This document shows, one piece after another, positions 47,901-59,100 of a stretch of 64,000 bases of DNA. Positions within the stretch are counted from its first letter, which is position 1. Each line of letters opens with the position of its first letter. Location of the stretch: the IMG/VR virus record IMGVR_UViG_3300020478_001251, positions 1-64,000 of that record; one strand, given 5' to 3'. The notes under the pieces were generated by a model. It was not told the DNA's origin. It searched no databases and worked only from the letters and a program-made list of their open reading frames with translations. The stretch is from a virus. Made by a program: the position numbers and the translations under genes.

Positions 47901-50179
47901 TTACCAGCAACATATCCACTTCCCTCGGCCGTAGTCCAAGCACCAGTAGTAGTTGGAGCTTTATCAATTATTGTAATATCTTGTAAAGCGGAAGTTCTTG
48001 TTTGTGGTAGATTATTTGGTGCCGAACCTTCAAAATCAAAAACCATAATATCATATAAACCACACTTAGCTGCAGATAATGCAGGTGTGGTGATTGCATA
48101 GTTATTATCAGTATCCGTATTATCAGAAGTCATTGCCACAGTCGCAAGTTTTGTTGTATCACTATGGTCGTAAAAATCTTCATCATCGACAGATGCAAAT
48201 CCTAAACATATATCTCCCTTTGCTACATTCTTAGATTGCCAATCTATTCTAAGTGTATTTGATGCACCTCTTCTCACAACACGACTACTTACCCATCCAC
48301 CACCACCAACCGATGTTGATAGTGCTCCAAAAGATTGTGCCCCAAGTAATGTTACATTAATTGCGACTGTGGCTTGTGTTGATGTTGTACCATTTCCACT
48401 TGCTGTTACACCAAATGTTTTTGAACCAGCAGTTGTTCCTGAAAAATTTCCAGCCAAAGTATTATCCGTTTCACTTGAATCTGAAAATCCAGATGGTATT
48501 GTCCATGTAAATCCATTTGTTGAAATTGTATCACCCGCGGCAGTTGCAGTAAATGATAATGAAGTGGCACTAATTCCTGTTGGTGTAAGTCCAGTACTAT
48601 ATGTATTTGCAAACCCTACCGCCGATGTTAACGAACTATCTTCAACTAAACTTACAGTCGGTCTGACTGTTAATGTATCTGTTTGGTTGTTTGTTTGTGA
48701 ATAATTCGATGTTCCAGCAAAACTAATTGTATAAACTCCATTTGCAGAACCTGGTGTCATTGTGGCACTATTCGTTCCACTGCCAATATTTGGACTTGAA
48801 GTAATAGCAACACTTGCACCATTTCCAGCCGAAACTGATGCCACAAAAGCTTGAGTATTATTTATATCAATTGTTGTATTTCCTGTAGTTGAATAAGTTA
48901 AAGTTGGTGCAACTGAAATACCAGAACCTGCAGTTAAATTTTGGTCTCCACCAGTAAGATAATACGCTTTTGGATAATATGTAGTAAGACCTGTACCTGT
49001 AGCAGTTAATGATGTAGATGTATTACTCCAAGTAGATGCTGAATATAATGAATTAACGAGTCCTGCAGTATAATCTGTAAAGGTTGTATTAGAATTAGAT
49101 GTTCCCCAACCAACTCTTAGAGCGACAGAACCACCACTATTATCAGCACCTTTAGAAACTGCATTCATTGTTACTGAATCACCAGCATTAAATGTTCCAT
49201 CACCAATTGCAGCAACATCATCCCACGACCTTGTATAAGGAACATCTACAATTGCCGTACTCGTTGTTGTATTTCTTGTATTTGGATTATTAACATCTCC
49301 ACTATCTGGATATCCATAATGTGTAGTTGTAAATGTCATTTTACCTGGAGTATTTAAAACTTGTATTCCACCCTCTACCAAATTTAAATGATATATATTA
49401 CCACCATCTCCGTTCACATTAATAGCCCTTGAAACAGATGATGAAAATTGTGTACCCGTTGTTACGGCCGTGGCATAACTTAATGTTCCATTACCTGATG
49501 GCCCAATATATTGGTCTGATTCTGAAACAAATGTTTGATATGTTGCTCCAGCACCCGCCGATTGAATATTAGTAGTTCCATGTCCAGATATAGAATCACG
49601 ATATCTGAATTTAGTATCTGCAAAATTTGAATTATAACTCGAATCATCATCAGCAACTTTAAATTTTAGTGTTGCACCATCTTGTGTTCCTGGAGTAATT
49701 CCTAAAGATACACCTACATATGCCGTTCCACTACCATCTGTATCATCTGCATCAGTATGAGCAGGTGAAACAGAAGAACCCGCATCAGTAACAACTTCAA
49801 ATTCAGCTGTATTTACTATACCTGAATTATCAATTGCTAACATCACAAGAGTTTCACCCTCTACCATTGTAGAGTTAGCATCATTGGCCGCATTACCATC
49901 TAATTGATTTGAACCAACACTACCTCGATATAATACAAAACTTTCAAATGTACCTGGATAATCCGCACTATAAAAATGTGATATCCTATCTTCATCCGCA
50001 CCTAATAATGTTCTTAAAGTTGATGAAGCTGTTGGTGAATTACTTAAAACGGCAGCATTTGCAAATGCATCTGAAAAACTATCTAATGACATATCAGAAC
50101 CAGAAGTTACTGATGATGTTTCGTTCTGGTTCTTATATAAATCCGAAAATTTTATCTCACCACTACTTGTTATTGCCAT
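44927..50179 (-). CDS. Large Ser/Thr/Gly-rich fibre/adhesin-like virion protein with C-terminal Hint domain
   Basis: Ig/FN3-like beta-rich body; Hint from Cys at 45466 (CFALGTKVWMNDG), TYEH, LDVED..AVHN followed by AGKAP. Confidence 0.82.
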   Translation of the reverse strand: MAITSSGEIKFSDLYKNQNETSSVTSGSDMSLDSFSDAFANAAVLSNSPTASSTLRTLLGADEDRISHFYSADYPGTFESFVLYRGSVGSNQLDGNAANDANSTMVEGETLVMLAIDNSGIVNTAEFEVVTDAGSSVSPAHTDADDTDGSGTAYVGVSLGITPGTQDGATLKFKVADDDSSYNSNFADTKFRYRDSISGHGTTNIQSAGAGATYQTFVSESDQYIGPSGNGTLSYATAVTTGTQFSSSVSRAINVNGDGGNIYHLNLVEGGIQVLNTPGKMTFTTTHYGYPDSGDVNNPNTRNTTTSTAIVDVPYTRSWDDVAAIGDGTFNAGDSVTMNAVSKGADNSGGSVALRVGWGTSNSNTTFTDYTAGLVNSLYSASTWSNTSTSLTATGTGLTTYYPKAYYLTGGDQNLTAGSGISVAPTLTYSTTGNTTIDINNTQAFVASVSAGNGASVAITSSPNIGSGTNSATMTPGSANGVYTISFAGTSNYSQTNNQTDTLTVRPTVSLVEDSSLTSAVGFANTYSTGLTPTGISATSLSFTATAAGDTISTNGFTWTIPSGFSDSSETDNTLAGNFSGTTAGSKTFGVTASGNGTTSTQATVAINVTLLGAQSFGALSTSVGGGGWVSSRVVRRGASNTLRIDWQSKNVAKGDICLGFASVDDEDFYDHSDTTKLATVAMTSDNTDTDNNYAITTPALSAAKCGLYDIMVFDFEGSAPNNLPQTRTSALQDITIIDKAPTTTGAWTTAEGSGYVAGKSVSFNASTYAAYYQLQRSSDDVTWGNVSGKTTTGTSITLDGHSTNTTNYYYRMVPYNDNSYVDDNGGASTSDESGTANASARYQLYPDATNSKNVISAPATIFRTTLNNSTDTTLHFNSPTNATDNVVTYAYSDNTAVWSISDASTSTALLTATGTAGTGTVTLDITCEGGSDSDTTSATAVGIALYHYPAISAMSLNKTSLKVGVESDQLVVEDFTYQGFRQLGASAMNVVIDLSDGSNTVGYSTSTGNTTSVTLSNIDDSHTTEREIVDEVINLGYVDAAVGTGTTTAKVRFTFQNHDTTNDPTVSPVLFTTSVSLNHPNTLTTYQSCNSSTGKWSGGYSTPEGAFNDTTGGGAAGSDCRIYGDLNDPVGDGTEVYKLMADGSVAITDGANQYYHNYQWNSGLSAYNNDVMKIGADGGIDEYYDELAIPPDAISSLASSQTTTGASVSSIGDLADYTYGANNDRSVTITGKATTKTVAFTWTRNSSINDAVGFEWNNGGYSALAANSTGKSVTSVTNGSYTNGANVRNSRNGVNQFGGAVNSGTITVNNDATLYFGAYNGSSWKNLGTTTGTGPFTFSSVSLEPGSWTIYCKYGGYPSSTSGNLANNHSFTVSANDALVWRVPGTPLTYPYDVNISGYQGQGDEIWWIGGTSVESGELSGTDDVEVYFHINDTSNNNFPGTAGSGMKMHLNIGRTGSAGAVSTDGTTTLRVKLQNQTATTEAYSGFSGAISNEVSALDTIKLWVGGDMTDDNSKAFVALGMETGITAEGTIEENYVIKAFYNSETAGLNKKAVKVNVNVFDESGGTGTTCFALGTKVWMNDGTWKNIEDVTLTDSLKSMNIDGLPNSDNFGDYGFWSTGSIAGASITDSDAVFNGQDYYYDHYEIIDENDNSIKSTYEHPFLVYRDLSLNNDGNITEATPKYCWVRAKSLDKYTDKLVNSNKELVSIKTINYTESEALFVKLDVEDNNTYFVKLGDNAIAVHNAGKAP

Positions 50180-53100
50180 CTAACTTCTCCACTTTAGATT
50201 GCAATTCCTTAATTTGAATTTGTTGTTCTTTAATGGCCTCTACTAATAGTGGTACAACCTTTTCATAATAAACTCTTTTACCAGTTAATTCCTCATCATC
50301 ATCATTAAGTAGATATCCCTCTTTGACCAACACTTCCAATCCATCAACTTTTTCTACCTCTTGTGCAATAAACCCAACATCATGACCTCTTTCATTAAAA
50401 TCGTCTTTCCAATCAAACTCAACACCTCTTAATTTTTGAACTTTAAGTAATGCATTTTCTATAGGTCTAACATTTTCTTTAAATTTTATATCTGATATTG
50501 TCGATGAATATCCAATAATATCACCATCTGCATGAAAATCTCCAGAATCTGTCATTGCAAAATCAACTGCTCCAGCAGTATAGAATCTCATACCACCAGC
50601 TCCAGTTCCTATAGATTGAATTGAATCATTACCAGTACCATAATTACCAGTATGGTCTAACATTACCGCACCAAAATTTCCAGTATAAGCTTTGACTTTT
50701 CCAGTACCAGAGTAATCCAATGTTATATCACTACCAATGACCGTTTTCTTACTCATCGAACCAAGTTCTGATATTGAAATAGAACCAGTTGTATGAACTG
50801 CTCCCATAATATCAACCGTCTTATCTTCATCAGGAGTCATACGGAAATATTTATTATCCGAATTTTCCAAAGTAGCATTTGTTAAGAATACTGCCTGTAT
50901 TCCTTTTGGTGTAACCTCTACTTTTTTATTACTTGGTGAATGAGCCATTGTTTCGATTTTAGAATATTGCTCTGTAACAGATAAACCTGCAGAAGCATTT
51001 TTTCCAGTACTTGAATGTTGATATTCTTCTCTCAAATTATTATTAGTAAATACAATATCATAAATTACCCAAGTATAATCATCTAAATCATTTGCGACAG
51101 TATGGTTATAACTTCTTGTAATAGTTCTTTTAAATGTATTAGCATAATACGGGCCTCCACCACTACCTGTAAAATCATCAGGTATAAAATCTGTAAAGAA
51201 ATTACCACTATGTGATTCAATCGAATCTGAAATAACTGCCCAAGCACCACCACTTACTGATTTATATAAAGCAGTTTTACAAGTATAACTAACATCACCC
51301 AAACTCATCCAGTTTGTAGTAGTGGTATCTAATACATTCATAGATTTTATTTGACACCATAATGCCCAACCAGCCTCACTCTTATAAACTGCATCTGTTA
51401 AATCTGCAGAGTATGTTCCAAAATTTGTTGTAGATGGTGAATTTCCAACCGAACTTTCAACATTGGCATAAACACTACTTTCTCCAGTATGTCCTGTAAA
51501 TCCACCTGCAATCCAAGATTTACTACTTGAATCACCATTATCTAAATCTGGAGTTTGTGTTTGTGTTTGTGTTCCAGTCCATCCTTGTGTAACACTATTA
51601 TATGCCAAACCACCAGCCTTCAATATAGAAGCTGCCGCTGTGAATGATGGAACAATTTCAGCTATATAGTTTCCATCCTTTAATGTGATATTTGGACTTG
51701 CACCACCATCAATTACAATTGAACTATCTGCATCTCTTATTTTACTACCATCAATATTCCAACCTGAACCTGTACTTTGACCAAAGAAACCTGAAGTTGC
51801 TGATATATCTCCTGCAAAAACCGCATCTTCAGCCGTCATAATACCACCATCTCGTAGTGAGAATTTTGGTGTAGCTATACCAAGTTGGAAATTATCACCT
51901 GTACTACCAATATTTTTCTTCTGCATAAATCTTACATATTCCGAACCACTTCTCATAGAAAATTCACCACTACCACTAATGAATACTCCCTCAATATCTG
52001 CCATTGAAGTTCTATTACCACCTGGACCTACTGATATATAACCACTATCAGCAGATGATGCTGTAAATGTTGCTGTATTTATAGCTAAATTATCTGTTAC
52101 GATATTAATACTTGATGGTGTTCCAGAAATATAATTAGTACTTCCACCCCATTTAAACGCCGAAGTAGAATCTATATAAGCATAATTGTTTGAATCAACA
52201 TATAATCCATCATTATTACCACTAACATTAATACCAAATTTACTACTACCTGCAGTGACTGTTCCATCTGGAATTGTTAATCCATCTGAATTCATACGAA
52301 CTCGGACAGTAGTACCATCCATCAATCTCATACCTAAAGCATCTATCTGAATATGTTCCGTTGCAGTTGGACCAAATGAAGATGTTGTAGCAGTAATACT
52401 TACGGCTGTGTTACTTGCATCACCAGCATGAATTGCAAAACCAGTACTTGATTGATTTGTAAAAAATGTATTAGTATTACCATAAGATTTAACACCACTT
52501 GAACTAATAACGACTGTATTTGTATCATCACTATCAGCACCACCTAATGTTAAAACACCATTCTTTTGTTCACTTATTATAGTTCCATCTTCATCATAAT
52601 ATCGAGTTGAAGTAGAATCAATAATAATTCTATCCCTTGTATTATCATTAAAAGATACAGTCCCACCATAAATTGTAGAATTTGCACCAAAGGTTGATAA
52701 AACTGAACTTGCGTTTTTTATATCAATTGAATCGGTATCAATGTGGACATGTTGACCAGAAGTTGGACCAAGTGTAATTAAATTATCTGCAAATGAAGCT
52801 GAAATTTGTGTTCCTCTTCTAAGTTGAATACCAGCATCAGAATCAACATACACATTACGATTTGTAGATGTAGTTTGTCCAATCGTCATATCAGTACCAT
52901 AACTTGCTAATGTTGCATTACCAGCGGCATTCTTCAAATCCATACCAGCAGAAGATAATACAACTTGTGTTTGCATTGATTGTGAAAATTGATTTAAATA
53001 TGAACCACTAATACTACCACTAATATCTGCATCCGTTGGTATTCCTGTTCCACCAGTTATATTAATTGTTCCCTCAACTTCTAATGTACTTCCATTCCAT

Positions 53101-56100
53101 TTAATATGGTCACCACTTGAATTACCTAATAGGAATTTACCACTACCATCTACAAAGAAACCATTACCAGCAGTATAATCAGTAGGTGGTGTACTACCAA
53201 GTGCAATACTACCACTTCCACCTGCGGCTGAATCTATATCAAGATTACTTGTATCAAGTTTAAACACACCTGTTTTAATATCTAAATCACTACCATCAAA
53301 ATGTAAATAAGAATCACCACTTGTTGCAGTTCCAACTCTGAACTTACCAGTACCATCCATATACACACCTGTATTAGCAGTTTCGGTAATATCTTTTGCA
53401 GATGAACCTAATTTAATAGCACCACTACTTAGTGAACTACTAACGATTATTGTTCCTGCATCTAATCCAAAGTTTTGTGATTTTAAATCAAAACCACTTG
53501 ATGTATTCCTTATATAATTACCTATTCCTGCTTGAAGATTAAAGTATCCACTACCACTTATGATAATTCCATTTGAAGAAAAATTCGTTGGTGGTGATGC
53601 ACCCATAGAAAGTCTTGTTGCACTACCTGATGCAACTATATCCATCGTTGTGGTATCAATATTTAAGTTACTTGTTTTTACTTGTAATTCTTCGGATGTT
53701 GGATTATATCTTACAAATGAATTACCACTTGTTGCAGTTCCAACTCTAAAGTTTCCACCACCATCAAGATAAGCACCCTCACCAGCCGTTACAGAAGTTG
53801 CACTTCCAAGTTTTAAGAAGTTAGATGTGCCAGTTCCACTCGTTCCACTAATATCAAAACCTTCTGTTACAACTCTAAATGATACTGTCCTTAAATCAAA
53901 ATCTGTTCCATCAAATACTAAGGAAGAAGAAGCATGATTATAAACTTTTAATTTTGAAGTTCCACTATCACTACCAATTATAATTCCACCTTCTGTTCCC
54001 GTAAATGTTTGTGAACCAATTTGTAAATAATTATCACTTGTAGTACTTGATAGTAACATCTTAGCACTTCCTTTTGGTCCGAAATGTATCTTTGATGGGC
54101 TTCCACCTGTAAATGTTACTCCTGCATTTGAATTAGTATCATAACCCAAACTCATTGATGGGACTGTAGATTCTATTTCAAAATCAGTTGCATCTACAGA
54201 TATAGTTCCTGTTGTAATATCAACATTGGATGCCGTTACTTCAATATCATCACTTGCTATTTGTAAATTACCACTTGTACTATCAAATTTTATATATTGT
54301 GTAGAAGTTCCAATGTTCATTTGTTGAACTGAATTACTATTTGCAATCCAAATACCAGTAGTAGTATCTGCAAAAGATGTTTTACCACTTGATAATGAAC
54401 CAAAAGTTTGTGAACCACTCAAAATCAGAGCTTTACTTACATTTCTACCAACTCTTAAATAAGCACTATCATCAGATGCTTGCATTAAAATATCATTATT
54501 TTTTAATGACATCGAGGCTTGTGTAGATGATATTCTTAAATCTGTATATCCATTTAATGCTGTTCCAGCCTTTAACTCAAAAGTTTTTGGTTGAATTGCA
54601 ATATTTCCACTTGAATCATTTGATAAATAATAATTTGAACTACCAACTTTAAATGCGGCATTAGTGTACCAATAATTGTTGTTATTTATATAGATACCAT
54701 CATTACTTCCATTTACATCAATACCCATTTTTATCTGTTCAGAATCGGAAGTATTGATATGAACGATACCAGTAAACGAACCTGTCGTTGCGGTTATGGC
54801 TCCTGTTAAAAATATATTTTCTGTAAATAAACCAAATCCAGGATTTGTGTTTCCATAAAGTAATCCACTACTTAATCCACTTAAATCACCAAGTCTTGCT
54901 TTTAAATTTACATCATAAATTGCAGAACCAGTTCTTTCAACAATATCCATATAAGGTGTTGTTTCATCATTTGGATTAGCATTTAATCTAATGTAACCAG
55001 TATTAATCTTACCAGTCGAAACTATTACTTGTGAACCACTATAAGCTTGTGCAGTTCCTGGAGTTTCTCCTAATGAACCACTATCACCACTTATTCCACT
55101 TCCATAAGAACGAGTTACAAATAACTGACCTGAAAAGTTTGTTTCACTATCAGGATAATCTCTCGAAGCACTTTGAACTAAAACATACTCTGTTCCAAAT
55201 CCTGTTGTACTTACTTTCTTTAAAGATAAAACTTCATTAGCAGTAAATCCTGTAACATTAACAACTGACATTGTATTTTGTGTTGAAGCATGAACTCCAC
55301 TTGGATTAAATGCACTTGATGTTAAGACAGTCGAATTGGCAACATATAATTGTCCACCAACGGCATTTACACTTTCTTTTTCAAATACGGCAGTTGCCAA
55401 TGTTCCACGAATTTTAGCATTTTCTACTTCTAAGAAACCACCTTGTGCGGCAGTTAATCTAAATCCACTACCAGCAACATTACTTGCAAATCCACTTGAT
55501 TCAATAGTACCATCTTTTCTAATAACCATAGCACCACCAGTTAAAGTTTCATTTGCAATAGTCCAACCTGCTATCTCGTTACCTTCACCACCAAGTTTTA
55601 ATAATGTATCACTTGAACCCGTTCCTGCACCATCGTAAACTTTTAATCCATATAAATCTGAAGCACTATCTGATATTTCTCCAAATCTAATAACTTCATC
55701 ACCCTCTCCATCATATACTTGTATTCTACTTGTGGATGAATCAATATCTAATCTATCAGTATCTAATCTAAAATTAGGTGTTTTAATATCAATACCACTA
55801 TTTTGTGCTCTGAAGTAATTATTATTACCACTACCAACTGTCATATCAAATTTGGCTTCTCCATTATCCATACCCATAATGAAACCAGCCGTTGTAGTTT
55901 GAGCAAAATCTGTTTTACTACCAAATTTTATAAATCTATCATTACCAGCACTTTGAATTACTATTGGATTACTTCCACCTGGACCTATACTCATACTCGT
56001 ATGTGCTGATGAAATTTCAATACCTGTAGTTTGAACTTCTAAAGTAGAAGTTTTAATATCTACACCAGTATCAAATAGGAAATGTCCAGCACTACCACTA

Positions 56101-59100
56101 AACGAAACTCGTGGTCTTGATTGTGCATTTACATATCCAAGAAATACTCCAGGATTTGAATATGCTTTTGTAGATTGTCCAATACTCAAATATGGACTTG
56201 CCCCATTACCATTTGCATACCATTGTTCATTTGTTCCTAAAGACATTGAAGCATCAGTAGATGATAATTTAAATCCTGCGGCAGTAATGTTTAAATCTGT
56301 TACTTGTATATCAACATCAGAACCAGTTATACTAAAATTACCACTATTAAATGAAACATTACCATCATCATCACCAAATTTAAAATTACCAGCTCCATCC
56401 ATATAAATACCACTACCTGTGGTCATACTGATAAATGATGCATCTGTTCCTATTGCAACTTTTGGTGTTCCACTTCCTTGTAATATAATTCTACCTTGTG
56501 GATAACTTACACTATGTCCTAAACTCATAGAAGATTCGGTAGTAGATACCTCAAATGTTGAAGCATCTATTTCAAGTTTTTGTGATTGTATATCTAAATT
56601 TCCACCATCAAATTTTATAAAATCTGTTGAGTTACCTACATGAAATTCAGGGTCTGTATTATTATTTGCTAACCAAAATCCTGCGGTTGTTGATGTTGCA
56701 GATGTTTTACCTGTTGCAATATATCCTTGTGTTGATGAACCAACTATCTCTACTTGTTTACTTGTAGTTGCACCAACTTTAATTTTACTATTATCACCAT
56801 CGAGTATAATATTACCCTCACCCAATGACATACTTGCATTTGTAGAACTTATTTCTACATTACTTGCATCTAATTCTAATGAACCAACTTGGACTGTAAA
56901 GTTACTACCATCAAATTGGATTCTATCTCCACTTCCACTACCAATTAATAATTTACCAGTACCATCTACATAAAATCCATTTCCACTATTATAAGCAGTT
57001 GGTGGTGTTCCACCAAGTGCAATTTTACCCTCATTCGTTCCACTATCCATAATAAGTGAAGTTGCATCTAAATCAAAGTTTTGTGCCTTAATATCAATAC
57101 TACCACCAGCAGAAACTTTAAGATAATCATTATTACTAACATTACCTTTTATTAAAACATTACCACTTGAATCTGCAAAGAAACCACTATTGGTTGTTGC
57201 GACTGTAGTAGCATCGGATAATCCACCAACTTCTATTGAACCTGCAGAATTTAATGTTACTACTCCACCAGTTAATGTAGTATCAGTTAAAGTCCATCCA
57301 CCAATCTTACCACCAGTAAATAATACTTGTGAACCTGTTATTTCTCCTGAACCACTAAGAATTAAACTATTATCAGTAGAATGAATAGCAACTGGAGTAA
57401 TACTGAAACCTGATATCTTTTGTTCACTTTTACCAATATACATAATATTGGAATAATTGTTATCTGAATCCTTTTTTATTACTTGTAAACCATAATCATC
57501 ATTGTGGTGTAAAGTGGTAGTATTACTTAATCCACCAACTCTAACTATCTTTACATGACCATCGGTTGTATCATCATCATCTCTGTATATATGTAAACCT
57601 TGTTGAATATTTTGAGCTTGATTATCAGCCTCAACTGATAAGTAAATTCTGGATGTAGCAGTTGTAGAATGACCACCAAGTGCCTTAGAAATATATTGTG
57701 GATTCATTTCCCATCCAGCAATAGAACCTGAAACAAACTTTGCATGTCCTTGTGCAGTTATAGATGATGAGGCATTTGCCACTGTCGCTGGTGAACCACC
57801 AATTGTTGCAGGTGTTAATATAGAGTTAGCAGCAACTGTCCCAAGTATTGTAACTCCATCTGTAATTGTTCCACCCTCTAATAAGAAACTACTACCTGTT
57901 ACATCTCCATTTTGTTTTACATTAAACTTCGATGTACTGATAAACATATATTTATCTTGATTAATTCCACCTGCAGTTGGCGAACCAGAAATAAAAATAT
58001 TGTTACTTGAAAAGGCATGGTCATCAGAAGTAAATCCACCAATCAAACCAGCACTTGCAGTTATAGTACCCTGGAATGTAGCCCCACTTGCAAATAAAAT
58101 ACCATCCTTATCAACACCAAAATTTGGCCCCATCTTAATATAATAACCAGAACGATAATTATTTACTTTATCTACACTTTCGGATGGTTGAAAATCTATA
58201 TAATATTCATCTCTTAATTGTTCAAAAGCTGCTCCTGTATCAGAACCTGGACCAGCATCTGTTTTATATATTTGAGAACGAGTAGCATTCATCGTGATAT
58301 TACTACCACTAATTTGTCCATCTACAATTTGAAAATCACCAATATTACCAGCAGTTGCTGTAATAGTACCTGACATAATAACATCACCATCAGGTTGTAT
58401 TTCAAAATTACTCGAACTTATATGTAAGTTTCCATTTGAACCACTAACAAAAGTAGATGTTGATTGTCCTAAAAAGAACTCATCAGTAACAACTTGAAAT
58501 GTACTTGGATTTGTTCTAAACTTTAAATATCTATCTGTTGAACTATGTGCATCTACAATTTCTAAACCAACACCATTGTAAGTTTCTGCTGAACCTATTT
58601 GGTCTGTAACAGAACCACTAAACATCATAAATCCACCACTACTACTTGCTATAGTTTTATCAAACCCATCATATCCTATTGAACGAATAAATGCAGAACC
58701 ACCATGCATTTCAATACCACTACCCTCAACATTTCCAAGATACATTGAACCACTTAATAAGTTTCCATCTCCATCTATATTAAATGATGCCCCAAGAAAA
58801 TCAGCATCTTCTGCGATTGCAACAGTCTCCGCGATATTATTATTTACATCATAAAATTCAACTAAGAAATCATACTTATCTGGTTTCTTAGGCATTGGAT
58901 GTGGCATTGGAACAATTGCCCTAAAGAAATCTGGATTAAAATTTGTTTCACTATAAGGCCCAACTTCTACATCAGAAATTATTGCTCTACCAGAATTAAT
59001 TTCAAACTTTAATTTTAATTTAGGGTCTACTGTCGCACCACTCGGTGTTATAAATGTATTGAATACTGAAGGTATTGAACCTTGTTCTTCTGTTGCATCT

